DNA of 64,000 nt, from positions 5,952,001 to 6,016,000 of the forward strand of contig OZ059897.1 in assembly GCA_964057225.1 (NCBI GenBank). The letters are read 5' to 3'. This document shows positions 14,615 to 28,006 of the stretch, piece by piece. How positions within the stretch are numbered: position 1 is the stretch's first letter; each line of letters begins with the position of its first letter. Under the pieces are notes generated by a model. That model worked only from the letters and a program-made list of their open reading frames with translations, ran no database searches and had not been told where the DNA came from. This DNA is from Auanema rhodensis. Its lineage: Eukaryota; Animalia; Nematoda. Position numbers and translations under genes: made by a program.

Positions 14615-15311
14615 TTAGGTCGTCCAATTGAAACGTAGCCTCCCCCCTATATAGCCTAAAAAAAACTTTGAAAAAACATAAAAGTGCAAAAGTTTTTATT
14701 TTCTTAAATAATTTTCCTGATTCTGCATTCTTCCACTTTTCTTCCAAGTTTCTAATTCCTTCTCTGAAAAATGTTTTAGGTTCAGAATCAAGAAAAAAAA
14801 TTGGAGCTAGATCTGGAGAATAGGGAGAGTGCTTCAAAACATCCCAACCTAACTCCAGAGGCGTCTCTTGTGCTTTCACACAGCAGTGTGGGCGCAAGTT
14901 GTCATGTCAGCAGCGCTGATTTAAGAGTTGCACCGGGTCTCCGACGATCTCCGAGATCCATCTTGCCGGTTTTGAAGCGGACGAACCACTTCTTACATTT
15001 GTTGTAAGCTGGAGAACATTCTCCATAAACATCTTTCATTCTGCGACATGTTTCTTTTGCAGAAACACCATTGTGATAATGAAATGAAAAGATGTGGCTC
15101 ATATGATCATCCATAACGAAAGACACAAAAAAGAGAGCAAAATCAAACACGTTTTCCTGACGAATGAGCTGAGATTAATTAAAAATATTATTTTGTATCC
15201 GTTTAAATATACTCTAATTTAGTTTTATTTCTAAAATTTTACAAATTTTTGAAAAATTAGCATAATTTTTCAAAAAGATTAATGAGACCACGTTTCAATT
15301 GGACGACCTAA
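14615..15311 (-). mobile_element. Internally deleted, non-autonomous mariner (Tc1/mariner) DNA transposon, 697 bp
   Basis: Terminal inverted repeats TTAGGTCGTCCAATTGAAACGT (22 bp perfect; 28 bp with 2 mismatches) starting at 14615 and ending at 15311. TA follows the right end. Minus-strand transposase remnants: Mos1-type HTH (...SAKETCRRMKDVYGECSPAYNKCKKWFVRFKTGKMDLGDRRRPG), HDNLRPH, HSPYSPDLAP, FFREGIRNLEEKW. Confidence 0.95.
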
Positions 15312-16264
15312 TATATATATATTATATCGATCATTCAACATCAGATACATATATGTAAATAGTTTTAAGTATTAGATAAAAATATTTTTTTTCATAATTT
15401 GTCTGTTTATTTATTCATATTTTCTTATAAATATTCTCAAAAAAATATTTCAAAAGACTGTATCAACGAATACAAATATTTTACTAACAATTTTCATAAT
15501 AATCGAAATATTATATTATAAAAGAATTCGAAATATATTATAAATAATTTGCAAATTGATAAGCCTCTCAACGTTCACGTGAGCGCTCACGTGTACGTGA
15601 ACATTTTTTTTTTGGCCGTGTGGCATTTTAATTTCCGAAAAATAGATTTGAATGAACGGTTGTTTGCAACATTTGAAACAAGTTTCTTTCTAAGAATTGT
15701 TACTTATGTATATAGTTTATATTACTTTAATCAATAACGAAGATCATCAAAGTCTTTTAAGTGTTTAGAATATGTGTAACAAGTCCTAATTGACAAATCT
15801 AGATTATAGCATGTTAGGATATATACATATAAAGACATTTATAAGTGAAATACAATGTTATCTTAACATTCATCAAAATACTTTCGTTTATACTATATAT
15901 ATATAGTATACTATATATATACAAAGATCCATATAATATATTTATAAATAATATAATATAATATAATTTATATATAGTATGAAATCAATTTAGAATTTTT
16001 AATGATATAGTTGTGATTGTGAGATTATTAATTTTTTTTAAATTATAAGAAAACAAAGCTATTTGTTGGAAATTTTAATTTGATTGAAATAATTAGTCAT
16101 AATTGCTATATACTGTGGATGTTTTGAGTTTTATTTTAACAAAATTATTATTTTAATGTTGTTTTCAATATGAAATTATTTAAAATATTATATACAACAC
16201 AAAGGTTTTTGATATTTACATGTAGATCTGTTTCAATTTATCCCTTTCTTCTAACAATAAGTGA

Positions 16265-17984
16265 TTATAACGATACTTTCTTGAGACTTTTACGAATTGC
16301 TTCCGTTTTAGGAAAACATTGCTCTGATAATGCTAGATATTCATCCCGCAATTCAAACCTATAATTTATATTTTAAATATGAATGATATAGTAAAGCATA
16401 TATACCCGTGATCAATAAACTTGACTTCGCTTCCCTTGTGATGTGAAGCAATATGTTGCTTAACTACATCGATTCTCGTAAATCCAACACCACATTCAAC
16501 ACAACTATAATTAACAATAAAATGATGATGGAAAAGGGTTTTATACACATAAACTATTGATTATACTAAATATAATATATTATATAAATCTTTTAAAGTA
16601 CCTGTACTGTTTCCTTGTTGCATGAAGACGTGCATGTCGATCTGCACATTTCAAAAAGTTGCGCACATCTGAGCCAAACGTCACTTTGGTACCACACAGC
16701 TGAAGATTCGTATCAGTGTTATCTTTCGCCATCTAATTTCTACCTGGCATTCGTGTACATCAACTTTCTCTCCTGGTTTAGCTGTATGTTGCCGTTTCCT
16801 TGGCTTACTACGAGCTTTCTTCGTATTTTCTTGGGGAAATAGCTGAATTAGGACATAAAAGATAAACTTAGAACTGATAAGCTATACTGTAGTTCGTAAG
16901 GCAATCAGCTGTTCAAAAATAGATGGGGTCGTATCAAGATTTTCAGTGCCAACAGAGAGATTTGATTTCTATGAAAAAATCGATAATATGAATGAAAGAT
17001 TGAAAGAATGAAAAAGTTACATTAGGAGTGGTCATTTCAGAACTTTCATCGTGTTTCTTCACATCATTTGAAGGAGCATTCTGATTTAAAAGTGAAGACA
17101 ATATCAATGTATACGGACTCAGCTAAATAAATGTAAAATTCACTTAAATATTACATAAATATCAAACTTACTTTATCTACTTCATCACTAATGCAACCAT
17201 CTTCCGAAGCATCGAGTTCCGATTTTATCGAGCAGGAAGGCTCAGCTGTCATATCAGCTTGATTCTCAAACTCATGGAAAATCTCAGTAGGTGTCTAAAA
17301 CGGAAAAACATTCTTGAGTCAAATGAAAACAATATTTACATCGTCGAGCGTTGGAACTTCCACACGTGACTGAGAACTCTTACAGTTTGTACAGGCATTC
17401 TCCACAGATTTAGCAACAACAAAGGACATATAACCATTTTCGAACTAGAAGGAAATATTTTTATTCAACGAATTTACAACCTAGCCGAAATTTTGAAATT
17501 GAGCACTTTAGTTTGAGATGGAAAAGGAAAAAAGAATAGTTAGAATATTCCAAATACGCGTCATAAATAAATCTGGTTATCCAACCAGCACTACGATATC
17601 TTGTTTCAAAAGACCATTTTCTAAAAAAAATCAAAAAAAAAACTAACCAAAATATGGATAGCATTGTTTATTGCTAATCCTTCGCCAATTTCTAATACGA
17701 GCACAACCTACAAAGTTTTTTTCAAACTGGCACTAAAACTGTCTAAAATACTTCATCAGATTTTCTACCATTCCGACTAGTTGGACCACATGATGTACAA
17801 AGATTTTCGATGCTTTCTCCCATTCGAAATGTTGAATATCCATTTTCGAACTAAAATAATTGATTTGAATGGATTTAATGTGAACTTTAAGGTAAAAATT
17901 GTTTTAAAAATTGAAAAAACGAACCAAAATACGTATCATACAGTTAAGACTATCATCGTTTTTTGCATTGATCAAGAGATACAT
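16265..17984 (-). CDS. C2H2 zinc-finger protein of LIN-26/LIR-like architecture with a tandemly duplicated N-terminal module
   Basis: Exons 17984-17925, 17850-17752, 17707-17648 and 17444-17340 are all phase 0 and open. C-terminus: HECQ|LCGTKVTFGSDVRNFLKCADRHARLHATRKQYS|CVECGVGFTRIDVVKQHIASHH...DHG|FELRDEYLALSEQCFPKTEAIRKSLKKVSL*. This is two fingers plus a terminal CFP, as in LIN-26. Confidence 0.8.
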
Positions 17985-18958
17985 AACCGATATTAAGATA
18001 TGGCTTGTCTAATAATAGTATGTTGATCAGTTGAAAACAATAGCCATGCAGGTAGAAGTCAGAACGGAATAATAAGGACGCCCACTAAGAGAGTGATGTG
18101 GCTAGCAGAAATCGATGAGGGGCGGTCGCCGTATGAACAGGACCTGGTCTCCATTAGACCAAACGGAAGACCAGTTTTCGCCTATGCGCCGATCAATTGG
18201 AACACGGTCCTATATACAACTTCAAAACAACAAACATCATGAAAAACAGGAAGTTCGCGAAGGTAGCTGACGATACATCCAGCTGAGCCCCTTTCTCTTT
18301 CTCTCCTTCTTTCCCCCTTTTCCCTCTTTTCTTTGCTCTCTCTCTCTCTCTCTTTATACACATTGTTATTTCTCTATCTTCTGTCCAGTCTATCTGTCTG
18401 TGTCTCTATTTCACATAATATTTGTCAAACCATGGCTACCTGCTTCAAATGCATGCTCTCCTCATTCCTGAATATCCATTTTCCAGATTCCCTCAGTCTC
18501 TTTCACCTGTCGCTCATCTATTCTACCTTCGTAATATTTCTTGAAGACCAGCACAGTGCAGGCGAAGTCAGTGTTAGATCTCACCGTTGACTAGACGGCC
18601 TTAACCAAACGACTGTCTCTCCAAAGTGAATGGTTCAGTTCTCCCTAGCCCACCCCCATTCCTTCCATTGGACATCTTCAAAGTAGATACTTCGATTTTC
18701 AGTCTCCAATTCACCCTCTCATGACTTCGACAACCTCATACCTATTCTTCAGCTTCGTTGATCTTTGAACAGTCTCTTCCGTAGTTGTTCACAGTAGATC
18801 GTTATAACTGGGGACCAGCGCCTGCCTACGCTAGACTGCCTATGCCAGCTAACAAACGAAAGAGAGAATGAAGAAGGATTAGTTTCTGTTCTACTAGGGA
18901 TTTGTGAAAAAATATTCCCCTCTCTTATACTCTAATCAATCATCATAATCACATTAGG

Positions 18959-19670
18959 AGAATATTTTGATTTTAATATTTGCAAATTTCAAACTTTTTT
19001 GAGATTTCTAATAAAAATTTGAAGCTACTTTTCACAATTCTGTTATGATTAATATTTCCCTTTTATCTAATGTTTCTCTCTTTTTATGGGTTCCCTCCCT
19101 TATAAGTTGTCATGAGTCTCATCTTCCGCCAGTTCATGACATTGTCAACTCCTCCATACTGTCTTTTTCAATTTTTCTCTCAACACGTGATTCGTTATAT
19201 GGAAGGACAGATGCGAACCATATGAACAATGGCATCACACTCTTCCATTTTGCTCATTTTCGAAATCCGGAAACTGTCAGGCACTCAATATAAAGCAAAC
19301 AAAACGCCTTTCAGGAGATCGTCTGTCTTAAAATAGATTCAAACGTCTCCGCATAATCTTTTGTTTTCACTCAGTTAATTGTTCCAATTCAATTATATTA
19401 TCAGTACCATTCCTCTATAGTAACTTTTTTTGGTTGAAACGCATTGGAATGCAATCTACAGTTCCCCGCTCTCATTGACGAAGCAAGGAAAGTTCTCAGC
19501 ATGAGCCAACACAAAACGGTTAACAATGGAAAATAGGAAAGAAAAATATCGCATGCTGATGCTGCAGCAACGACTTACGAAAACACACGGAAAAAAGATT
19601 TTAAAAAAAAGTTTTATAAAAAAAATCAGAAGAAAAGTATGTAACATTCTGGCACTCTAAAGATGATAAA
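18959..19670. repeat. Copy 1 of a 712-bp direct repeat
   Basis: Matches 21076-21787 (offset 2117) wherever compared by eye, including homopolymer lengths. The ORF track gives identical translations for both copies. Confidence 0.95.
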
Positions 19671-21075
19671 TATTGGAAACAATGCCCTTCATAATGAATT
19701 TTAGTTTATAAATCTTGTAAGATTTATATTTTTTTATTTCAAAAGTTTTGTCTTTTCATATTGGGTGGCTTCTTTTTTTTTTTGATTTTTCAACTATGGC
19801 TGCATATTAATTTAATTCTCCTTCTCATTACATACGACATACAGGGTCTATTGTTATTGTTTTCACAAACAAATACTCAAAAAACAGTATCACCCGAAAT
19901 TGCTATAAACACCATTTTTACAAAAACAAAGCCACTTTACCTCTTCTTTATATAAATTAAAATAAATTAATGTCATAATTCGTTATGTCTTATCATACTT
20001 CCAGTGATTATCGACGGTCGAACATCCATCTCCTCCCAGTGTTTGTCAGCGCTTGATTCTCCACCCCTTCTTCTGGAAACTCCGACGTTTCTTTCAACAT
20101 CTTATCTTCTGGATTGCGCTGTATTCCAATTCCAAGCACTTTTCTCAAATTATATTGTGTTCAATGCCAGATTCTTTTCGACTTTATCTGGAATTCAAAG
20201 CCTTAGTTTAACTCTTGTTCTAACTTACTTACCAACATCTGGTGAGGTTTAATGGTAAACCAATTAATTCCCAGTTCATTATTTTTTTCTGATAAACAAA
20301 AGAACTCTTTATAACTTAAATCTATAATAATAACCTGACATATCCAGCAAACTACAAGATATGATGGGATCACATTGTTAGCAAAGTTTAAGATGTCAAA
20401 ACTCCTTAAAATTAAAATAGTTCAAAAGTTTTATTTGAAATGTGAATCAACATCTATGATTTATTTTGTATATAGTTTAATGTGATCAATTTTTAGAAAT
20501 TAATTTTAAATTATTGAAAAACGTATCAGAAACAAATAATTCAAGAATACTGTCTTTACAACATTTTACTAATATTCATGATTAAAGCTCACATTTACAA
20601 CTTGATCATCATAAAAATAAAAATAATTAAGTTTTATCTTGTGTATGTTCAACTTCATTAGCATATAGTATATGTATTCAATTACCACGTGAGTTACTTC
20701 ACGTAAAATAATATAATTTCCTGTACGAGTTAATTCTGATGCAGTATTTTCTCTATTTACAATAATTCGTTTTCTCGTATATTTCGAGGGCATAAATAAC
20801 TTTTTCTTAAATATTTAGATTTATGATTCTTTCAACTTGAGCAAAACTAAAATATTTTTATTTTACTATACTTCTATTTTCTCCATTACAATATAAATTC
20901 ATATAATTGTAGTGTGGGAGAATAGTATTATTTCCTGCACTTGAAGGACGTGAAGCGGTTGTTCCTCAGTTCATGTAACTTATTACCGCGCGCTTACAGT
21001 TTCAAAGAGATTTATATGATATTGAATAGCTACGAAGAATGATCCTCGATGCAATATTGATTTGATATCTTTATT

Positions 21076-21787
21076 AGAATATTTTGATTTTAATATTTGC
21101 AAATTTCAAACTTTTTTGAGATTTCTAATAAAAATTTGAAGCTACTTTTCACAATTCTGTTATGATTAATATTTCCCTTTTATCTAATGTTTCTCTCTTT
21201 TTATGGGTTCCCTCCCTTATAAGTTGTCATGAGTCTCATCTTCCGCCAGTTCATGACATTGTCAACTCCTCCATACTGTCTTTTTCAATTTTTCTCTCAA
21301 CACGTGATTCGTTATATGGAAGGACAGATGCGAACCATATGAACAATGGCATCACACTCTTCCATTTTGCTCATTTTCGAAATCCGGAAACTGTCAGGCA
21401 CTCAATATAAAGCAAACAAAACGCCTTTCAGGAGATCGTCTGTCTTAAAATAGATTCAAACGTCTCCGCATAATCTTTTGTTTTCACTCAGTTAATTGTT
21501 CCAATTCAATTATATTATCAGTACCATTCCTCTATAGTAACTTTTTTTGGTTGAAACGCATTGGAATGCAATCTACAGTTCCCCGCTCTCATTGACGAAG
21601 CAAGGAAAGTTCTCAGCATGAGCCAACACAAAACGGTTAACAATGGAAAATAGGAAAGAAAAATATCGCATGCTGATGCTGCAGCAACGACTTACGAAAA
21701 CACACGGAAAAAAGATTTTAAAAAAAAGTTTTATAAAAAAAATCAGAAGAAAAGTATGTAACATTCTGGCACTCTAAAGATGATAAA
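21076..21787. repeat. Copy 2 of a 712-bp direct repeat
   Basis: Matches 18959-19670. Confidence 0.95.
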
Positions 21788-22069
21788 ACTATAACAACCT
21801 CAAAATTTAACAAGAAATAAATAAAGCAAAGTTCTGGTAAAAATATGTGATTACAAATTTGATAATACTAATTGTCTAAGACAAGGAAGGCATAAATTGC
21901 GATAAAAAGTTGGATGTAAGAAATTGTAATATTAACAGACATGGTATACAAATTATTAATGAGATTATTTGACATAAAGCAGATAGACAGAAAAATTAAA
22001 AATGAGATTATGTCAAGAAAGATCAATACAAGTTATCAAACAAATATAAAAATCGGTGCCAAGGGTACA

Positions 22070-23524
22070 TTAAGTTCTAACCTCGTTCAGCCATTTCAAT
22101 TTATCTTTTCTTCGTCTATTTTGGAACCAGACTTTAACCTGAACAACGTTGATTATTATAATTTAATAATAAATGATGGTTACTCGTAATGCGTCAATTC
22201 CTAAACTCTCCATAAGTTGTTTCTTTTTGAAAGGATCAGCACAAGCATTAGGATCTTCGTTATAAAAACTTTCAAGAATTTCCTAAACATACGAACCATA
22301 TGATTCTCATTAAATATTGAAAACCAACCAAATCTCTTGTGTTGTAAACTATACGCCCTCTTCGAAGTTTTCCATTAGCCGATACTTAACTTGTACTATT
22401 AAAAGACGATATTCAATAAGTAGTACTTACCTACGTGACCGAGATTTCGACTTCCCGATTTTTTGGATGAATTTATATCATTATTAGCTGAGCTTGATAT
22501 CTATGAAAAAAAGTTAGATAATTAATTTAGAACTCCAACTCACTTCTGGTGATGAGCATTTGGAAATAGTTAGAGGTTGATCTAGAGGAGAAGGTGTTAG
22601 GCGATTGTAATGTGAGAATACGTTAGGCGTTGAAGATAATAGACAGGCTAGTAATGAAGGATGTAGGGTTTCAAAATTTGTTTCATTCTGAAAATAATTT
22701 GTTCAACAATGAAATATTAAAACAACTCACAGCATCTGAGTCAGCAATGGCATTAGCCGCATCTTCAACATCCGTATCAATAGAACTACCTTCTACAGCT
22801 TTTTCTTTACCAGTAGTAGCAGACGGAGAAGGTTGAGGTGTTTCTTCCTACAAATAAATCATCAAATAAAGCTTATGATAAAACGTAAGGTTTAATTTAA
22901 TTAAAAATAGAACACGATACCCTATCTTCCGATGACACTGACACCGTGGAAGAGGTAGATGATCCTTCACCAATCAAAACGTTAGGAGCAACAGTTGTTA
23001 AGACATTCTGAGCAACAGCCTACAAAAGGTTAAATATAGAGGTACAGCAAAGACAAAATATGATATTGATTGAAAAACAAATTAAAATAGCATTATACCT
23101 GCATTCCCATTTGTAAAAGTCCCGATTCCTTTACAGCAGATAAAACATCCTTACTATTACTGGTTGCTAAGTCTTGGTAAGTCTCCATAAGAGGGATTAA
23201 AGGATATAAGGAAGCAGGGACATGAGTTAGCTTAATCAAAATTGTAATCAACAAATGCTAATATAATAATAAAAATACCTGATCAATGGTGATATGTTTA
23301 GAATCTTCCATTTTTACATTAGGCTTGGTGTCTGAAGTTGGAAGTGTGGAACAACGAGGACATAACTTTTCCACTCGATCAACTATAGAAATAGGAACGC
23401 TATACTTATTAACCTGAATATAACATAGTTAATAAAGATTAATTATCAAAAGATTTCTAACCAATCCGGATATAATTTCCCCCATTTCAAATAGATGGTC
23501 TTCCAAATTCACAAGCAGAAACAT
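22070..23524 (-). CDS. Divergent Q50 homeodomain transcription factor (tentatively CEH-58-like)
   Basis: tttcag-A-ATG start at 23524. About 10 exons splice in frame, ending KLRRGRIVYNTRDL|EILESFYNEDPNACADPFKKKQLMESLGIDALR|VKVWFQNRRRKDKLKWLNEVRT*. WFQNRR is the helix-3 signature. Orthology is from memory only, so no symbol is given. Confidence 0.88.
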
Positions 23525-25310
23525 TCTGAAACTGTTTGATAAAAAAACATCAATAACATATGAAGAATAAGCAAAAGGATAGCGTCTGGATAGAAAGGCA
23601 TCGAACTATCCCTTCTGTTGACTAATCATTGAATTAAGTAGGCAAGCCTATGCATTTTGGGGCAATTTATCGTTCTCTAAGAGAGGCGGTCAGGGTCTCT
23701 TAATTGCCATTCAATCGATTGATGAATGCTCACAACACGATGCATCATCTAAGTTCTAATAAACAAAAAAAAGGAGAAAAGAATAATAAAAATTAATTGT
23801 CTATTACAAAAGCATTAGATCGGATGAAAAAATGGCTTAAGACATAGCGCACTAGTACGAGTCTGGTAATTTTTGAATTGAATAAGTAAGATCAGGATTA
23901 GTCGGCTGGAATGATCATTAAACTGTCGGTTGTAATTGGCTAACTTGCACTTTTAAAATCAAAAGGATGTGTATATACTGGTAGATGACTATGTGTGAAC
24001 ATTAGAAATAGATTTTTCACTAGTCATCATTTAAAAAAACAGTCAAAGATGATACCGAAATGAGGAATGAATGGCACTAACCAACACAACTAACAACGCT
24101 GATGAATGCCAAGGCAAAATTAATCAAAATCATCTTGGCATGTACGGAGGCTTTGTGATCCGCTTATGTAATAATCATAATCCGGAAGAGCTTAATTGAG
24201 CAAGTAGTTAGAAAAGCAGAGTTGATTCTGGGCTCGTAATCATTCCAGGAAAGAAAGGATAAAAATAACTTGTTAGGAGGGAATAAGAATTATTTTCCGG
24301 AAAACAAAGTCTTACATATAAAGGTCCACACGGTTCGTTTTACAAAGACAGGTTTAACAACATTAAATATTAACAGGAATAATTCAATTAATCGCTTATT
24401 CTGATAGGTAAAAAGAAAAAACCGATCGATGATGATTGAATAGCCTTAGTGGCAGCAGCCGTGAATGTAAAAGTTATAGGAGAGAAAGAAGATGCAAAAG
24501 AAGAACGAAATGAGGAAAATGGAACTAGTAAAAGAAAGAAAGAAAACGAGGCGGAGTGGATGGAGAACCCAGAATTTCGAACGGAACAAAGCGATTGATA
24601 TGGTCCAGGATTGAGGGATATAGTGAGCAATAAGAGAAGGACAATGGCCTAGTATTATTGGGGAACAAACGATATCCTTTACAATGTTTATGCGAGGAAT
24701 GGGGATAGGAAGAGAGAAAAGCTGTTGGAGCATTATTAGATCCAGATATACAGCCTATTTGACCCGATGATGATGTTGATGTGATGGCGGATGATGAAGA
24801 AGCTCTTTTCCGTCTCAGTCGCAAAAGCTTTTCTATTAATCATGCATAGCATATTATCTCGAGCTAAATGTACTAATACCCATGACTAATAGCAAAAGTA
24901 GCACCTCGAGAGAATCTAAATAAGTTGGAAGTAATGTTGATGATGAGTTATCTTGGACAGATAGGTCAATACTTCAAAGAATATTAGCTTAAGAAGCACA
25001 AACATGAGACTATACTAACGACTTCCAAACTGACATATTGTCAATTAAATAAAAAAAGTAAATATTAGACTAATTAGCGTTGGAGTAATTGCGACCAACG
25101 AGCAGAAGCAACAGCACCCGGGTTGACAAGGCCACACAAAGAAAGCATATAAAAGCATAACGTATCTTTTATTTCGAACAGACTGAGTAAATTAGTAAGG
25201 GACACTACGAGAGAGCAAAAGAGCAAGAGAAATAGGAAAACATAGAAAAGGTAAAGTTAATTGGCTGCAAAAACAAGTTTTAAGCTAAATTATTTAAAAA
25301 GACGTATGAA

Positions 25311-25400
25311 CATATATATATATAAATATGTGAATATATATATATATATATATATACATACATATATATATACGAATAAGTATATATGCATACATACATA
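25311..25400. repeat. Imperfect (TA)n/(TACA)n microsatellite
   Basis: Visible run of tatatata/catacata. Confidence 0.8.
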
Positions 25401-28006
25401 TTTGGAGATGCATATGAGGCTCTGCTAGATCCTCAGTACTAATCCGACATTTCGCATAATGCAGATGATCGTGGAAAGAAAAGGTCCCGCCCATCGATGG
25501 ACCCACTCTCGTAAGGAGGGGATCATCATCGTGTTAATTGAAAACTTTTGCAATTAGACCCCGAACTATGCTGATTTAATTAAATAAATGGACTGGTTTT
25601 ATCATTCTGGCAATATGTAGAGGCTATGGCTAAAGAATTCAAAGTTGTAGGGGATCCCATAAGATACCCTATAAGATGAAGTGAATGCGTAATAAGAGCG
25701 TGACTTATAATCAGAAATAACAAATTTAATCAACATGTTAAAAATGACAAAAAAGAAAATAACAAATTTAATAAACATGCTAATACTAATTGCCCCAAAA
25801 AATGTTATGTTTATTAGTTAAACTTTAAATAGACCTTTATTAGAAATCAATCGATTGACCCGTAATTTTATAACGCATTAGCTCGTGAATGGGAAAAATT
25901 AATAGCAGTATTGGAGGAATGGCAAGAATTAGGCAATATATTGTATAATAATAAATCACTTAGAAACACATTAGAAAGCTGACAAACATACATTTTGCAC
26001 ATAAAAAATTGGCATGCGGGGCTTTATGTTGTAAATTGGAGAAGATTACTAGTCGACTAAATATCTGCTAATTGCATGCCGGGTCAGTTGCACCGACCGA
26101 CCGGTCAGTATGCCGAAGGAGCAAACAATCCCACTATATCAATATGCAAATTCCATTAGCATATCCACGTGAATACAGATCGTGTCATTCGCGGCTCTAT
26201 TGATGTGGAAATCAGTTGAAAGCAAGAAGTGGATTGTATCTGAGGCAAAGTTTCTGTTACTGTACATGTTCGGTTGCATTCTTTAAGCGTAGTGCCATTT
26301 ATAGTTGTTCTCTCCCACATACCAGTAGAAATAACTTGTGTTTTTCTAATTTTCTTATACATATTGGAACATCATCGAGATTTGAGTTAAAAGAAGGCTT
26401 TCATCGGAAGTTTCTGGTGCCGGATATTTGCAATCAGTTAATTCCAAATAGGCTTGATATTTCATTTCAAGGGAAAGCTTTCTGGCTTTTTCCAGTCGTA
26501 AATAAGTTAATTAATTATAGTAGGATTACATTTATAATAGAAAGAATTGAGAGCATGTAAAGCTGTTATTTAGAAAAACAAGAAAAATTGAGGAGATTAT
26601 GATTATAAGATATAATTTTGAAGAAAATATATATAGCATTGAAACGATGTTCAAAATTAAAATGAATTGAAGAGCAATGTAGATTAAGTATAGGCTCTGA
26701 AAATGTTCATCGAAAAGATCAACATCGTAGTAGTAAGTTCTTTATATGATAATCGATTCTATTAATTAAACAATGTACATTCAAATTGCGTTCGTTCTAA
26801 TTGCAACAAAAGCTAATTAACAAGAAAATTATCGGAGCCATACATTGGGCAGAACATAAAACCAGAATAGCTAAGAAATAGCAAAGAAGAGGCAGAAATG
26901 TCCAACAAATATCCAGTTGTCGGCTAGCACTTTGTAGCTCCTGTAAGGCTATTCTGATTCATGGGCAACCTTTGCAATCTTTGATCTTTGATGACAGCTT
27001 TTTCATATTTTTGCATTTGTGTTCATCCATTCAGCACAATTTAAACAGAAAATAGACTAAAACTATATAAAATGTTCCAATACATTTCCACCACTAAGTA
27101 TGTATGTATCAACTTTATAATTAATATAGCTTGAAAATGAGGAGAAGATTGAAAACATCTATGAAAAAGCTTAGCCGAATATAAATCAGTTGTCAGGGAA
27201 ACTGAGGATTTGTCAGAAGTAAAAGCAATATAGATTGCTACACTTCTTATAACAACTCTAGTAATGATGAAGATCTGTAAAACTACAAATAAAAATCATT
27301 AATGTAGCCAATGAAAGAAAGAACAAAAAAAAAGATAATTTATGTTAAAATGCTTTGAAATCTGGACTATGTCAAGTACAACAATGATATAAAGTAATAT
27401 ATATGTGTGGGTGTATATTATAAATGTGTATATATGTATATCTTAAAGGATACTATAAAAAAAGTAAAGGATATCAAGGATAATAATAATTATTATAATA
27501 ATAAGGATGATAATAATAATGGTAAAAAGGATTTTATCTCATACATAAAGGCAAAGGCCTGGTAAAACAAAGAAATTGCTGATTCGGTTAAATAGGTTTT
27601 TATGCAAGTAAAGGCAATTATGTAGGCACATTCCGGTAAGTGATAGGATGGAAGGCAAGAGAAAATACACGAAAAGAATAATAAGGCAAGTTGAATATCA
27701 CACTGAGAAATTAAAACCAAAAAAATGAAAACAAATATGAAGAACAAAAATTATAAAAATGTTACTATACATGCATATATAGATTAATCTATACATCTAT
27801 TTATTTATAGATATAAAGATATATATATGTATATGAATTTTATAAATTGTATACAGAAGGAATGAATTTTTGAAGTGAAAATACTAAAAATTTAGGAATG
27901 GTAGGGCAATCGACGGATTGCTTCATGGGCTAGGTTTATCGAGATATGTAATCCACTAGGAATGGGATCAGGGGTGAGAATGCTTTTGGAACTATTTTCA
28001 AGAGAC

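Noticed and set aside
20246-20277. GGTTTAAT...CCCAGTT resembling a spliced-leader sequence
   Set aside because: Spacing does not match SL1 or SL2, and there is no following donor site or Sm-binding site.
18959-21787. LTR retrotransposon or TRIM call
   Set aside because: No TG...CA termini, target-site duplication, convincing PBS/PPT, or gag/pol remnants. Kept only as a direct repeat.
24388-24824. Overlapping minus-strand ORFs upstream of the homeobox gene
   Set aside because: No clear splice connection to either neighbour, and composition fits regulatory or UTR sequence.
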